Positions 8,167 to 15,773 of a stretch of 32,000 bases of DNA are shown piece by piece (within the stretch, counting starts at the first letter, position 1; each line of letters starts with the position of its first letter). The notes beneath the pieces are model-generated. The model was not told where the DNA came from. It made no database searches and saw nothing but the letters and a program-made list of their open reading frames with translations. Made by a program: the position numbers and the translations under genes. This stretch comes from Candidatus Methanoperedens sp. (GTDB lineage: Archaea; Halobacteriota; Methanosarcinia; Methanosarcinales; Methanoperedenaceae). The DNA lies in the NCBI GenBank assembly GCA_027460535.1, contig JAPZAR010000034.1, positions 1 through 32,000 of the forward strand, written 5' to 3'.

Positions 8167-9342
8167 ATGGTCACAGATTTAAAAGCATTTGCAAAAACAG
8201 CAAAACCATCTGTTGCTGTAGTCGGGCTTGGTGGTGCTGGTTGTAATATTACGACATGGATCGCAGAAAAAGGAATAACTGGCGGCAGGATTATTGCAGC
8301 CAATACGGATGTTAACCATCTTTATGTCCAGAAAGCAGACAAATTGGTTCTTCTTGGAGAAAAACTGTGCAAAGGACATGGATGCGGGGGCTTTCCCGAA
8401 ATGGGAGCCCAGGCGACGAGAGAAAATGTTAATGAATTAAAAGCTGAGCTAGAAGGTGCAAATCTTGTATTCCTTGTAGCAGGATTGGGCGGTGGTACAG
8501 GTACAGGCGCCATGCCGGTAGCTGCTGAAATCACACGCGAACTGGGGGCTCTGACAATAGGATGCGTGACAATTCCATTCACTATTGAGATGGCAAGAAG
8601 AGAGAAAGCAAGAGAAGCCATTGAACTTCTGGCCAAATCCTGCGATTCGGTAGTTATAATAGATAACTCGAAATTAAGAGAAGTAGCAGGAAACCTCCCA
8701 TTAAAAGAGGCACTCAATGTTGCGAACGCACTTGTGGGAGCTTTTGTAAAGAATCTTACGGACACAATCACACAGCCAAGCCTTGTTAACCTTGACTATG
8801 CAGATCTTCGTGCAGTAATGGAACGTGGCGGGGTATCATCTATAGGGATAGGCGAAGCAGACGGGCAGAACAGGGTTGAGAAAGCAGTTGCGCAGGCTAT
8901 CAGCACACCGTTGCTTGATGTCCAGGATATATCCGAAAGCTATGGCGTGCTAGTGCACATCGTGGGCGGCGAAGACCTGACATTGGAAGAGGTCGCAGTC
9001 GCGGGCGAACTGATAATGGACAAAGTGCCCAATACCAAGAGGATCATCTGGGGCGCGAAAGTGGACAACACGCTGACAGGTGCGGTCAGGGTAATGGCAG
9101 TGCTGACAGGCGTTGAGAGCCCGTTCGTATCGGGAAAAGTGAAGGAAGTTGTGGTGGAGGCGCCGCCGGAACCCGAGATAGTAAGGCCAAAGGTGGAGCC
9201 TCCAAGGCCGAAGCCGGTTGTTAAAGTGGAACCACCGAAAGCGGAGACAAAGAAGGAAGAGAAGGGCACCAATTATATCTGGATCGTAGTTATCCTGATA
9301 ATAATATTGATCCTGCTCTGGTATTTCACGAGGACCGGTTGA
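8167..9342 (+). CDS. ftsZ: FtsZ-family GTPase with a Pro/Lys/Glu-rich linker and a C-terminal transmembrane helix
   Basis: 391 aa. GAAGGAGG RBS at 8153-8160. It carries VVGLGGAGCN, the tubulin signature GGGTGTG and the T7-loop NLDYADLRAVM. The tail is EAPPEPEIVRPKVEPPRPKPVVKVEPPKAETKKEEKG followed by YIWIVVILIIILILLWYF (nt 9274-9327). Confidence 0.9.
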   Translation: MVTDLKAFAKTAKPSVAVVGLGGAGCNITTWIAEKGITGGRIIAANTDVNHLYVQKADKLVLLGEKLCKGHGCGGFPEMGAQATRENVNELKAELEGANLVFLVAGLGGGTGTGAMPVAAEITRELGALTIGCVTIPFTIEMARREKAREAIELLAKSCDSVVIIDNSKLREVAGNLPLKEALNVANALVGAFVKNLTDTITQPSLVNLDYADLRAVMERGGVSSIGIGEADGQNRVEKAVAQAISTPLLDVQDISESYGVLVHIVGGEDLTLEEVAVAGELIMDKVPNTKRIIWGAKVDNTLTGAVRVMAVLTGVESPFVSGKVKEVVVEAPPEPEIVRPKVEPPRPKPVVKVEPPKAETKKEEKGTNYIWIVVILIIILILLWYFTRTG

Positions 9343-9377
9343 GGAACTGTCTTTCAAAATGGGCAAAAGATAGGTTA

Positions 9378-9412
9378 TTCCGGTCAAAACCGGAAACCTT
9401 TTCTATCTTTTT
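9378..9412 (+). terminator. Hairpin plus T-rich tract downstream of the ftsZ-like gene
   Basis: TTCCGG-tcaaaa-CCGGAA forms a 6-bp stem, followed by accttttctatcttttt. This suggests a terminator but is unproven. Confidence 0.3.
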
Positions 9413-9511
9413 CATAAAGGATTTTTTGGCTTAATTTTTCTTAGTTCATCTTAGTTATATTGTTCGCTTTCCTGCAAAACATTTATCAGGATTGCAAATA
9501 ACAGGGAAATC

Positions 9512-10552
9512 ATGAAGCTATTTGTTCCCTCGCCCGGGCACATCAGCAGCCTAAAAGAGCTATTGAAAGAAAAAGACAAGATATATTCCATATTCATGGC
9601 GGGATCTTCTGATTACATAGGAACGGGACGAAGCAACCTTGCCTCGCCCCAGCTCGAGGATATCAGGGCTCAGACCGAATACGCACACAAACACGGGGTC
9701 AAAATGGAACTGGTATTGAACTCAAGCTGCATGGGCGGACGCCAGCTCACGCCTGAAGGTTTCAGGATAAATCACTGGTATGTTGAGAAATTGGTGGATA
9801 TCGGGATTGACTCAATAGTTGTTGCTGATCCTTATCTCGTGGAGACGATTTCAAGGGATTTCGATGTTGATGTGGTGGTCTCGGTACTTGCTTTCGTTGA
9901 TTCACCGCAGAAAGCTGAATTTTATGAGGACCTTGGAGCAAAATCGATAGTCATAGATTCAAATGTTAACAGGCATTTCGATGTGCTCCACGCCATCCGG
10001 GATTCTGTGGATTGCGAATTAAAACTTCTTGTGAATGAGGGATGCCTTTACCGCTGTCCCTTCAGATATGCCCACTTTAATTTCTTTTCGCATGCTTTCG
10101 GTCCAGAGCCGCGGCCAAATGTGCTGGATGATTACTATTACTATAAATGCCTGGAATTGAGGATCACAAACCCTGAACTGATAATCAAATCCCCCTGGAT
10201 CAGACCGGAAGATATCAAGCTTTACAGGGATATTACTGACGTTTACAAGATAGGAGGGAGAACCCATTTTGTGGAGTGGATCCTGAACTGCGTGAATGCA
10301 TATCATAGCGAAAGTTATGATGGGAACCTGATGGATTTGCTGGACTGTCCCAAGGATTTAAAAGACCTGTTCTACATACCCAATAAAAGCCTTGATGGGG
10401 TCTTAGAGAAGCAGTGGAAAACCTGCAAAAAAGTATGCAATAAATGCGGCTATTGCAAAGTTCTTACAAAGAAGGTCACACAGGTATATGATAAAGGTGG
10501 GACAGAGCTTGAAACCCTTACACCCTGGGAAACATTCGCGGTGAAAGCATGA
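9512..10552 (+). CDS. Peptidase-U32-family protein (probable Fe-S enzyme rather than a protease)
   Basis: 346 aa with a TIM-barrel-like U32 core (YAHKHGVKMELVLN, DSIVVADPYL, LLVNEGCLYRCP). The C-terminal Cys cluster is CKKVCNKCGYC. Confidence 0.85.
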   Translation: MKLFVPSPGHISSLKELLKEKDKIYSIFMAGSSDYIGTGRSNLASPQLEDIRAQTEYAHKHGVKMELVLNSSCMGGRQLTPEGFRINHWYVEKLVDIGIDSIVVADPYLVETISRDFDVDVVVSVLAFVDSPQKAEFYEDLGAKSIVIDSNVNRHFDVLHAIRDSVDCELKLLVNEGCLYRCPFRYAHFNFFSHAFGPEPRPNVLDDYYYYKCLELRITNPELIIKSPWIRPEDIKLYRDITDVYKIGGRTHFVEWILNCVNAYHSESYDGNLMDLLDCPKDLKDLFYIPNKSLDGVLEKQWKTCKKVCNKCGYCKVLTKKVTQVYDKGGTELETLTPWETFAVKA

Positions 10553-10932
10553 GTACATCGGAACTTTTGAAAAACAGAGCTATGTTTGAAGAGAAATTGA
10601 GGAAATTGATCGGCAGGCCCATACTTTTGATAGAGCTTGATATGTTTGCGCTGCCCTGTGGGTGTGCCGGGATAACCGCGAACACAAGAGGGCTTGAGGT
10701 GGACGACCTTGAGGTGTTCGAGCCGCAGCTTTTGCCATATCTGCGGGAAATGGCGGCAAACCTTGAAGTTAAACCAACGGCGACATTCGCGCGCATCGTG
10801 CCGGGAAGTTCGATTGTGGCTTCGCTCAACTGGCGCACGCTCTGTACAAGGTGCTATCCAGATTTTGCACGAGGTGAGGGGAAGATGCCGAGACCTGATT
10901 TGTATCTGCTGCAGTTTGAGAGAAGGAAATAA
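10549..10932 (+). CDS. Hypothetical Cys-containing protein, translationally coupled to the U32 gene
   Basis: 127 aa. ATGA start/stop overlap with the U32 ORF. It contains PCGCAG and CTRCYP. The antisense ORF 10518..10838 is less plausible. Confidence 0.5.
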   Translation: MSTSELLKNRAMFEEKLRKLIGRPILLIELDMFALPCGCAGITANTRGLEVDDLEVFEPQLLPYLREMAANLEVKPTATFARIVPGSSIVASLNWRTLCTRCYPDFARGEGKMPRPDLYLLQFERRK

Positions 10933-10987
10933 TTTTCTGCCTCCGGAATTACCTATAATGCATAATAATGAATGGAACTTATGAATA

Positions 10988-12199
10988 TCATGCAGAAGGT
11001 TTTGATTGTTTGTGATAAAGCTTGTTTATATCTTGGGCAACTACTTCTAAAGCACGGGCACTTGGGTGTAATATTGGTGCAACTTCGAGATGTGATAAGC
11101 TATCTCGATAACTAATTCCAAATTCAAACATATTTTTATCCAGTTTTGTAATAATTTCTTTATTTACAAGCCAGTCGAGAAGTTCGTTCATTGAACAAGG
11201 AAATTTATCTCCATTGACTCTTATCTGTTCGCAACTCCAGTTCTTTTTCTTCTTGAAACCAAATTCTTGAATTTTTCTGTATGTTGGAGGGTCAATTTCA
11301 ATTGATTCTTCCTTCTTATTAGTCAAAATAGCTCTGCCACCAAGCCACTCATTGTATTTATTCTTAATAGCCGATTCTAAAGCCAAGTATACATAATGGT
11401 TTGAGACTGTGAAAAAGCAGTACCTAAAGTAGCCGAATATATACAGATATTTAGCGCAGCTGAAAACTCTCCTAACAGATTCTGGAACTGTTGGAATCAA
11501 TTGGATGTCAGCGACATGTGACTGAAGGTCTTCGAGAGTCAGCTTGGAAGGTTTACCGTCTTTGTACTTAACAAAATGTTCGAAAATCTTATCTTTAGCT
11601 ACAACTTCTAAAAACGGCAGGATGTTATCTCTTTTGAGACCGTAGAGAGTTTTAAAATCAATCTCATTTTCATTTTTAAATAGTTTTATTAAAGTGTCTT
11701 CTAGAATTAGGAAAATAACACTTAAGCTGTTAGCAAACTCATCTGGTCTTTTCAAAATATCAAACGGTGTAAGTTGTATATAAGAACGAGAGAAATCATC
11801 AAATGAAATTCCAACCATATTAAATTCCTTAGGTAGGTCTGAAACGCGCTCCGACTCATTCTTATTCAATCCAAATTTTTCTTGTAGAACTTGAACCAAT
11901 GATACTCTATTTTCTACATCAAATTGTCCCATGAATTCCACGGGGTTATCTCCAAATTTAGTAAAATCATATTTTATCAAGTAGCAAGCTTCATCTTTTA
12001 CATTCTTGTAAATGCTTGGGTCGATTTTTAGTTCTATACATTTTACAGCACATGGCAGTTTTGAGATAGCATTCCTTAAAGCCCTTTCATTTGGCGAAAT
12101 TTCATCAATCTGGCTAAAACGATACCTCACCTCATAGGACTTTTTAAGCCTATTGAATGCTTCATGGAATACTGATTGCAATTCTACGTTACTATTCAT
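10988..12199 (-). CDS. Hypothetical protein with a C-terminal HEPN-like (Rx4H) helical domain
   Basis: 403 aa, long ORF in an AT-rich islet. The C-terminal roughly 165 aa are helical (VPESVRRVFSCAKYLYIFGYF, YLALESAIKNKY) and end in YRDSLSHLE. I verified R365-x4-H370 at nt 11090..11107. The N-terminal 230 aa are unrecognised. Confidence 0.65.
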   Translation of the reverse strand: MNSNVELQSVFHEAFNRLKKSYEVRYRFSQIDEISPNERALRNAISKLPCAVKCIELKIDPSIYKNVKDEACYLIKYDFTKFGDNPVEFMGQFDVENRVSLVQVLQEKFGLNKNESERVSDLPKEFNMVGISFDDFSRSYIQLTPFDILKRPDEFANSLSVIFLILEDTLIKLFKNENEIDFKTLYGLKRDNILPFLEVVAKDKIFEHFVKYKDGKPSKLTLEDLQSHVADIQLIPTVPESVRRVFSCAKYLYIFGYFRYCFFTVSNHYVYLALESAIKNKYNEWLGGRAILTNKKEESIEIDPPTYRKIQEFGFKKKKNWSCEQIRVNGDKFPCSMNELLDWLVNKEIITKLDKNMFEFGISYRDSLSHLEVAPILHPSARALEVVAQDINKLYHKQSKPSA

Positions 12200-12294
12200 A
12201 ATTTGCTATCTGTGTATTTTATCAGATATAACGTATCTATCGATAAAGAGGAACAAATATAAGTTATATCAACTAATCAACCATCTTTACCTAC

Positions 12295-12672
12295 ATGCCA
12301 ATAAACGTCCACCTGCGAAACGTCAATGAAAAGCTGTACAGGCTTTTCAAAAGCGCCGCTGCGAAAAGAAGCGTAAGCCTGAGCAAAGCCTTCGAGGAAG
12401 CCATCAGCGCATGGGTATCGCGTTCAGAAGAAGCATCTGAAAAGCAGGCGGAAAACGACATAACCTACAAAAAAATGAAAAAGCAGTTGGAAAAGCGGTT
12501 CTCCGGCAAGTGCGTGGTCATTGCAGACGGTAAATTCCTCGGAGCAGAAGACTCGCTGGAAAATGCATGGGCGCTGGCTTCTCATTATGAAAATGCGGTG
12601 GTGACAAGAATTACAAGAAAGCCCATGCGTGCAAAGATACTTGGGAGCTCCCTGAGAATGGCCCCTGCATAA
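12295..12672 (+). CDS. Ribbon-helix-helix-like N-terminus fused to a DUF5678-like domain (antitoxin-like)
   Basis: 125 aa. INVHLRNVNEKLYRLFKSAAAKRSVSLSKAFEEAISAWV resembles RHH/VapB-type antitoxin N-termini. FSGKCVVIADGKFLGAEDSLENAWALA resembles DUF5678. Confidence 0.55.
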   Translation: MPINVHLRNVNEKLYRLFKSAAAKRSVSLSKAFEEAISAWVSRSEEASEKQAENDITYKKMKKQLEKRFSGKCVVIADGKFLGAEDSLENAWALASHYENAVVTRITRKPMRAKILGSSLRMAPA

Positions 12673-12690
12673 AGAAAAGAAACAAATTTT

Positions 12691-13251
12691 ATGGACATAA
12701 CCCCTCTTCTGACAACCTTCGGTCTCATCGCGCTCGCGGAGTTCGGCGATAAAACCCAGCTCACGGTGATCGCATTATCTGCAGGATACGACAGAGTAAA
12801 AGTTTTCTCCGCAGTTATGCTTGCTTTCATATTTGTGACAGGGCTTGGGGTAATCTTTGGAAAAGCATTATATCAAATCGTGAATCCTGAAATGATAAGG
12901 ATGGCAGCAGGTCTCCTGTTCGTGGCTTTTGGGATATGGATCTTTTTATCCAGAGATAAATGTGATGAAGCCAAGACCTTTCCGGTTAGAAATCCTTTTT
13001 TCTCAACGTTCAGCATGATTACCCTTGCCGAGATGGGGGATAAGACGCAGCTTTCCGCCATTACACTCTCGGCAAAATACGATTCACCGTATCTGGTTTT
13101 CATCGGAGCTGTCCTTGCCCTCGCATCCGTAAGCCTGCTGGGAATTATTCTTGGGAAAAAGCTGTGCGAAATAGCACCATTATCAAAAATAAAACTGGGC
13201 GCAGGGGCTTTATTTATATTCTTTGGATTGTTGTTTTTGGCCGGAGCCTGA
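12691..13251 (+). CDS. GDT1/TMEM165 (UPF0016) family cation (Mn2+/Ca2+) transporter
   Basis: 186 aa. It has two internal repeats, each with the E-x-G-D-K-T motif (LAEFGDKTQL and LAEMGDKTQL), and six hydrophobic helices. Confidence 0.9.
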   Translation: MDITPLLTTFGLIALAEFGDKTQLTVIALSAGYDRVKVFSAVMLAFIFVTGLGVIFGKALYQIVNPEMIRMAAGLLFVAFGIWIFLSRDKCDEAKTFPVRNPFFSTFSMITLAEMGDKTQLSAITLSAKYDSPYLVFIGAVLALASVSLLGIILGKKLCEIAPLSKIKLGAGALFIFFGLLFLAGA

Positions 13252-13338
13252 AATTCTTCAAAGAATGACTCACCCTGGCTTCCTGGCATTACAGGAACCT
13301 TTTTGTTATTAAAGAATAGTTAATCGCGTGGTGAGTTA

Positions 13339-13494
13339 ATGCAAAAATACCGATGCACGGTCTGCGGATACATATACGATCCCGAAATAGGAGACCCGCC
13401 GAGAGCCAACCCGGGAACTGCTTTTGAAGACCTGTCAGATGATTGGGTCTGCCCCGTATGTGGAGCGACCAAGGATATGTTCGAGAAGATATGA
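13339..13494 (+). CDS. Rubredoxin
   Basis: Missed by the ORF track at 51 aa. GGTGAG lies upstream of the ATG. Translates [51 protein letters not shown], with both CxxCG knuckles and a classic rubredoxin sequence. Confidence 0.9.
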   Translation: MQKYRCTVCGYIYDPEIGDPPRANPGTAFEDLSDDWVCPVCGATKDMFEKI

Positions 13495-13516
13495 ATTAAA
13501 CTGCATAGTCTGACCA

Positions 13517-14263
13517 TTATCTCAAATACATCCACTCATCGCCCCTGTATTTTTCACTGGCAAGCTCTTTAGCTCTATCTATCTCAATTTTGCTCCACCC
13601 GCCGAACTCCCAATCCTTCCCCTGCGTAAAAGCCTCAACAAGCGCCTCATAGACCTCCCTTTTCCCGGCATCGCAATGATTTACGATGCAAGTGACCCGC
13701 TCCTCCGCGTTCTGTATCATCTTATCGGTAATCTTCTGTTTGCTCACGTTCAGCACGCTGAACATGGTCGCAAGGTCAAGGTCATAAAGCAGAGTACCGT
13801 GCTGAAGCAATATCCCGCCCCGCCTTGTCTGAGCGCTCCCTGAAATTTTTTTGCCCCCTGCAAGGATATCGTTTATTGGGTTGAATTCTGCCGCGATACC
13901 CACCCGCTCAAGGCCTTTAACGAGCCAGCCGCAGATAATTCTATAAGACTCGATAATGTTCTTCGGGAACACAGTCGCCGGCACTATCACGCTGTATGTA
14001 ATCTCCCCATAATGGTCGTGATATACCGCCCCGCCTCCTGTCCACCGCCGGATGCAGTCAACACCCAGTTCCCTGCACACATCGAGGTTCACCTCATCCC
14101 TGATGCTCTGGAAATAGCCGATAGAGACGGCGCTCGGTTCCCATGTGTAAAATCTTATGGTTGGAGGGGATGAGCCGCTCCTTATGCCTTCACTTACCGC
14201 CTCATCCAGCGCCATATTCTGGTAGGCATCATATGTTTCCAGCTCCACGACCCTCCACTTCAT
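13517..14263 (-). CDS. lplA: Lipoate-protein ligase A, catalytic domain
   Basis: 248 aa. The blocks YQNMALDEAV, PTIRFYTWEPSAVSIGYFQ, RRWTGGGAVYHD and KKISGSAQTRRGGILLQHGTLL are typical of the BPL_LplA_LipB fold, including the lipoyl-AMP lysine region. Confidence 0.9.
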   Translation of the reverse strand: MKWRVVELETYDAYQNMALDEAVSEGIRSGSSPPTIRFYTWEPSAVSIGYFQSIRDEVNLDVCRELGVDCIRRWTGGGAVYHDHYGEITYSVIVPATVFPKNIIESYRIICGWLVKGLERVGIAAEFNPINDILAGGKKISGSAQTRRGGILLQHGTLLYDLDLATMFSVLNVSKQKITDKMIQNAEERVTCIVNHCDAGKREVYEALVEAFTQGKDWEFGGWSKIEIDRAKELASEKYRGDEWMYLR

Positions 14264-14541
14264 TGCAGCGCCTCTCTGATGACAAGGGCAAGTGATTCAG
14301 GACTGACACCTATCATCTGTACATCATTAGCCTCAGCGATCTCCTGGATTTTAGAAACAATGACCCCGACGCGGCTATTTTTTTTCATGCCGACCATGCT
14401 TGTCTCTATTTTTTCAAGCATATCCTCTGGATGCATGAAAAAATCGCCAGTGATCCTGAGCCTTTTGATATATTCATCGTATTCCACTTCCACTTTTACA
14501 AGCTTTCCTTCTTTGACCTTTTGCTTCGCAGATGAAATCAT
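14260..14541 (-). CDS. lplB: Lipoate-protein ligase accessory (C-terminal) domain protein
   Basis: 93 aa. KLVKVEVEYDEYIKRLRITGDFFMHPED matches the LplA C-terminal domain, encoded separately as in bipartite archaeal ligases. It overlaps lplA by 4 nt. Confidence 0.8.
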   Translation of the reverse strand: MISSAKQKVKEGKLVKVEVEYDEYIKRLRITGDFFMHPEDMLEKIETSMVGMKKNSRVGVIVSKIQEIAEANDVQMIGVSPESLALVIREALQ

Positions 14542-14603
14542 ATTTCAGAATCATCTTTAGATTCTCAAAAGACTTTATATCTTAGGTCTCAAAATGTTTA
14601 CCC

Positions 14604-15266
14604 ATGGATACCGTCTCACTTCGGCGCAGGGTAGAACGGCTCATACATACACATTCTCGAACATATATCCCTGATATCCGTGATTCCGGCTTCTCCTGCG
14701 CACGCTGCGGATGGTGCTGCAGGGAGAATTTCATGATAAGGATAACGCAGGATATCCTGCGTCCCTCAAATGCCATCTCGATTTTCCCCGATGACGTCAG
14801 GAGGATAATGAAAGGAACCGGATTGCTGTGGGATGATGTGGCCCAGCCTGATATCTATTCCTGCCTGTCTGTTGGGGAAAACATGCTGGCGATCGGCTGG
14901 ATACTGAGGCGCAATGATGCGGGAGACTGCATCTTCTACAGGAAAAACGCATGCACGATATACGAATGGCGCCCCATGATATGCAGGTGCTATCCGTTTT
15001 TTATGAATGAACGGGGGATCGAGGTCATGCGCTGCGAGGGGCTTGGCAATAAAATTATTGAACAGACCGCTCAGGAGATCGGGTATATTGTGAAGAGGTA
15101 TGAGATAAAAAAGCTGCAAAGTTACATCAGTATTATGGAACAGATCGGGGATATGATGGATCTTGCCAATCTATGCTCACTTCCACAAGATTACCCTGGC
15201 AGTGTTCCCGTCTACGATGGAGAGTCGATAATAGCGGCGACTGTGGAACGCAAAGTTAAAGCGTGA
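14604..15266 (+). CDS. YkgJ-family (UPF0153) cysteine-cluster protein
   Basis: 220 aa. It has the CARCGWCC motif (CxxCxxCC) and a later C-rich block, CTIYEWRPMICRCYPF. Confidence 0.8.
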   Translation: MDTVSLRRRVERLIHTHSRTYIPDIRDSGFSCARCGWCCRENFMIRITQDILRPSNAISIFPDDVRRIMKGTGLLWDDVAQPDIYSCLSVGENMLAIGWILRRNDAGDCIFYRKNACTIYEWRPMICRCYPFFMNERGIEVMRCEGLGNKIIEQTAQEIGYIVKRYEIKKLQSYISIMEQIGDMMDLANLCSLPQDYPGSVPVYDGESIIAATVERKVKA

Positions 15267-15462
15267 TTCTCGCATACTCAAGCGCTTTTTTCGCATCGTC
15301 GATATCGAGGTTGATTTGAATTTTATACTCTTTTAATAAGTCTATATATTCAGATATTGAAAGCCCCGCGATTTTCGCTCCAGGACCAAGACTGACTTTA
15401 CCGCGTTCATAAAGCTCGATCGATTTCATTTTCCTGCCTTCATCAATCAGCTCCCGCAGCAA
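15256..15462 (-). CDS. UPF0175-family antitoxin-like small protein
   Basis: 68 aa. IELYERGKVSLGPGAKIAGLSISEYIDLLKEYKIQIN matches the UPF0175 HTH-like core. Confidence 0.7.
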   Translation of the reverse strand: MLRELIDEGRKMKSIELYERGKVSLGPGAKIAGLSISEYIDLLKEYKIQINLDIDDAKKALEYARITL

Positions 15463-15469
15463 TATGCTG

Positions 15470-15688
15470 TCACAAAGACAGCTCCTTTTTCAACTTATCC
15501 CATTGAACATTTTCTCCTTTAAAAGATTCTTTTTTCAATTGTTCAATCTCCTCAAGTTCTGATTTAGAAACTTCTTCCTTCGGTATGATTATGTCTTCGA
15601 AAGTCTCAAGTTTTTTTCTTACCCTTACTATTTCTTTATATACCATTGCCAGCGAGACTTCATTTTTAGAAGATGATATTTCGGTCAT
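15470..15688 (-). CDS. Small acidic coiled-coil protein (antitoxin-like partner?)
   Basis: I prefer the ATG at 15688 (MTEISSSKNEVSLAMVYKEI, 72 aa) to the track's alternative start at 15739. It lies 7 nt upstream of the UPF0175 gene on the same strand. No family is recognised. Confidence 0.45.
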   Translation of the reverse strand: MTEISSSKNEVSLAMVYKEIVRVRKKLETFEDIIIPKEEVSKSELEEIEQLKKESFKGENVQWDKLKKELSL

Positions 15689-15773
15689 GTTCAATAATTG
15701 ACTTTCAAACGTTAAATTGTTTTCTTCCAATAAAATCACGGCTTCATAGAACAGGAGGTACTAAAAATATTAT

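Noticed and set aside
8179-9387. Minus-strand ORFs 8179..8379, 8322..8771, 8940..9272 and 8950..9387.
   Set aside because: They are antisense to the FtsZ-family gene, have low-complexity translations and lack an RBS.
13320-13535. 71-aa minus-strand ORF.
   Set aside because: It is antisense to the rubredoxin gene and has no features of its own.
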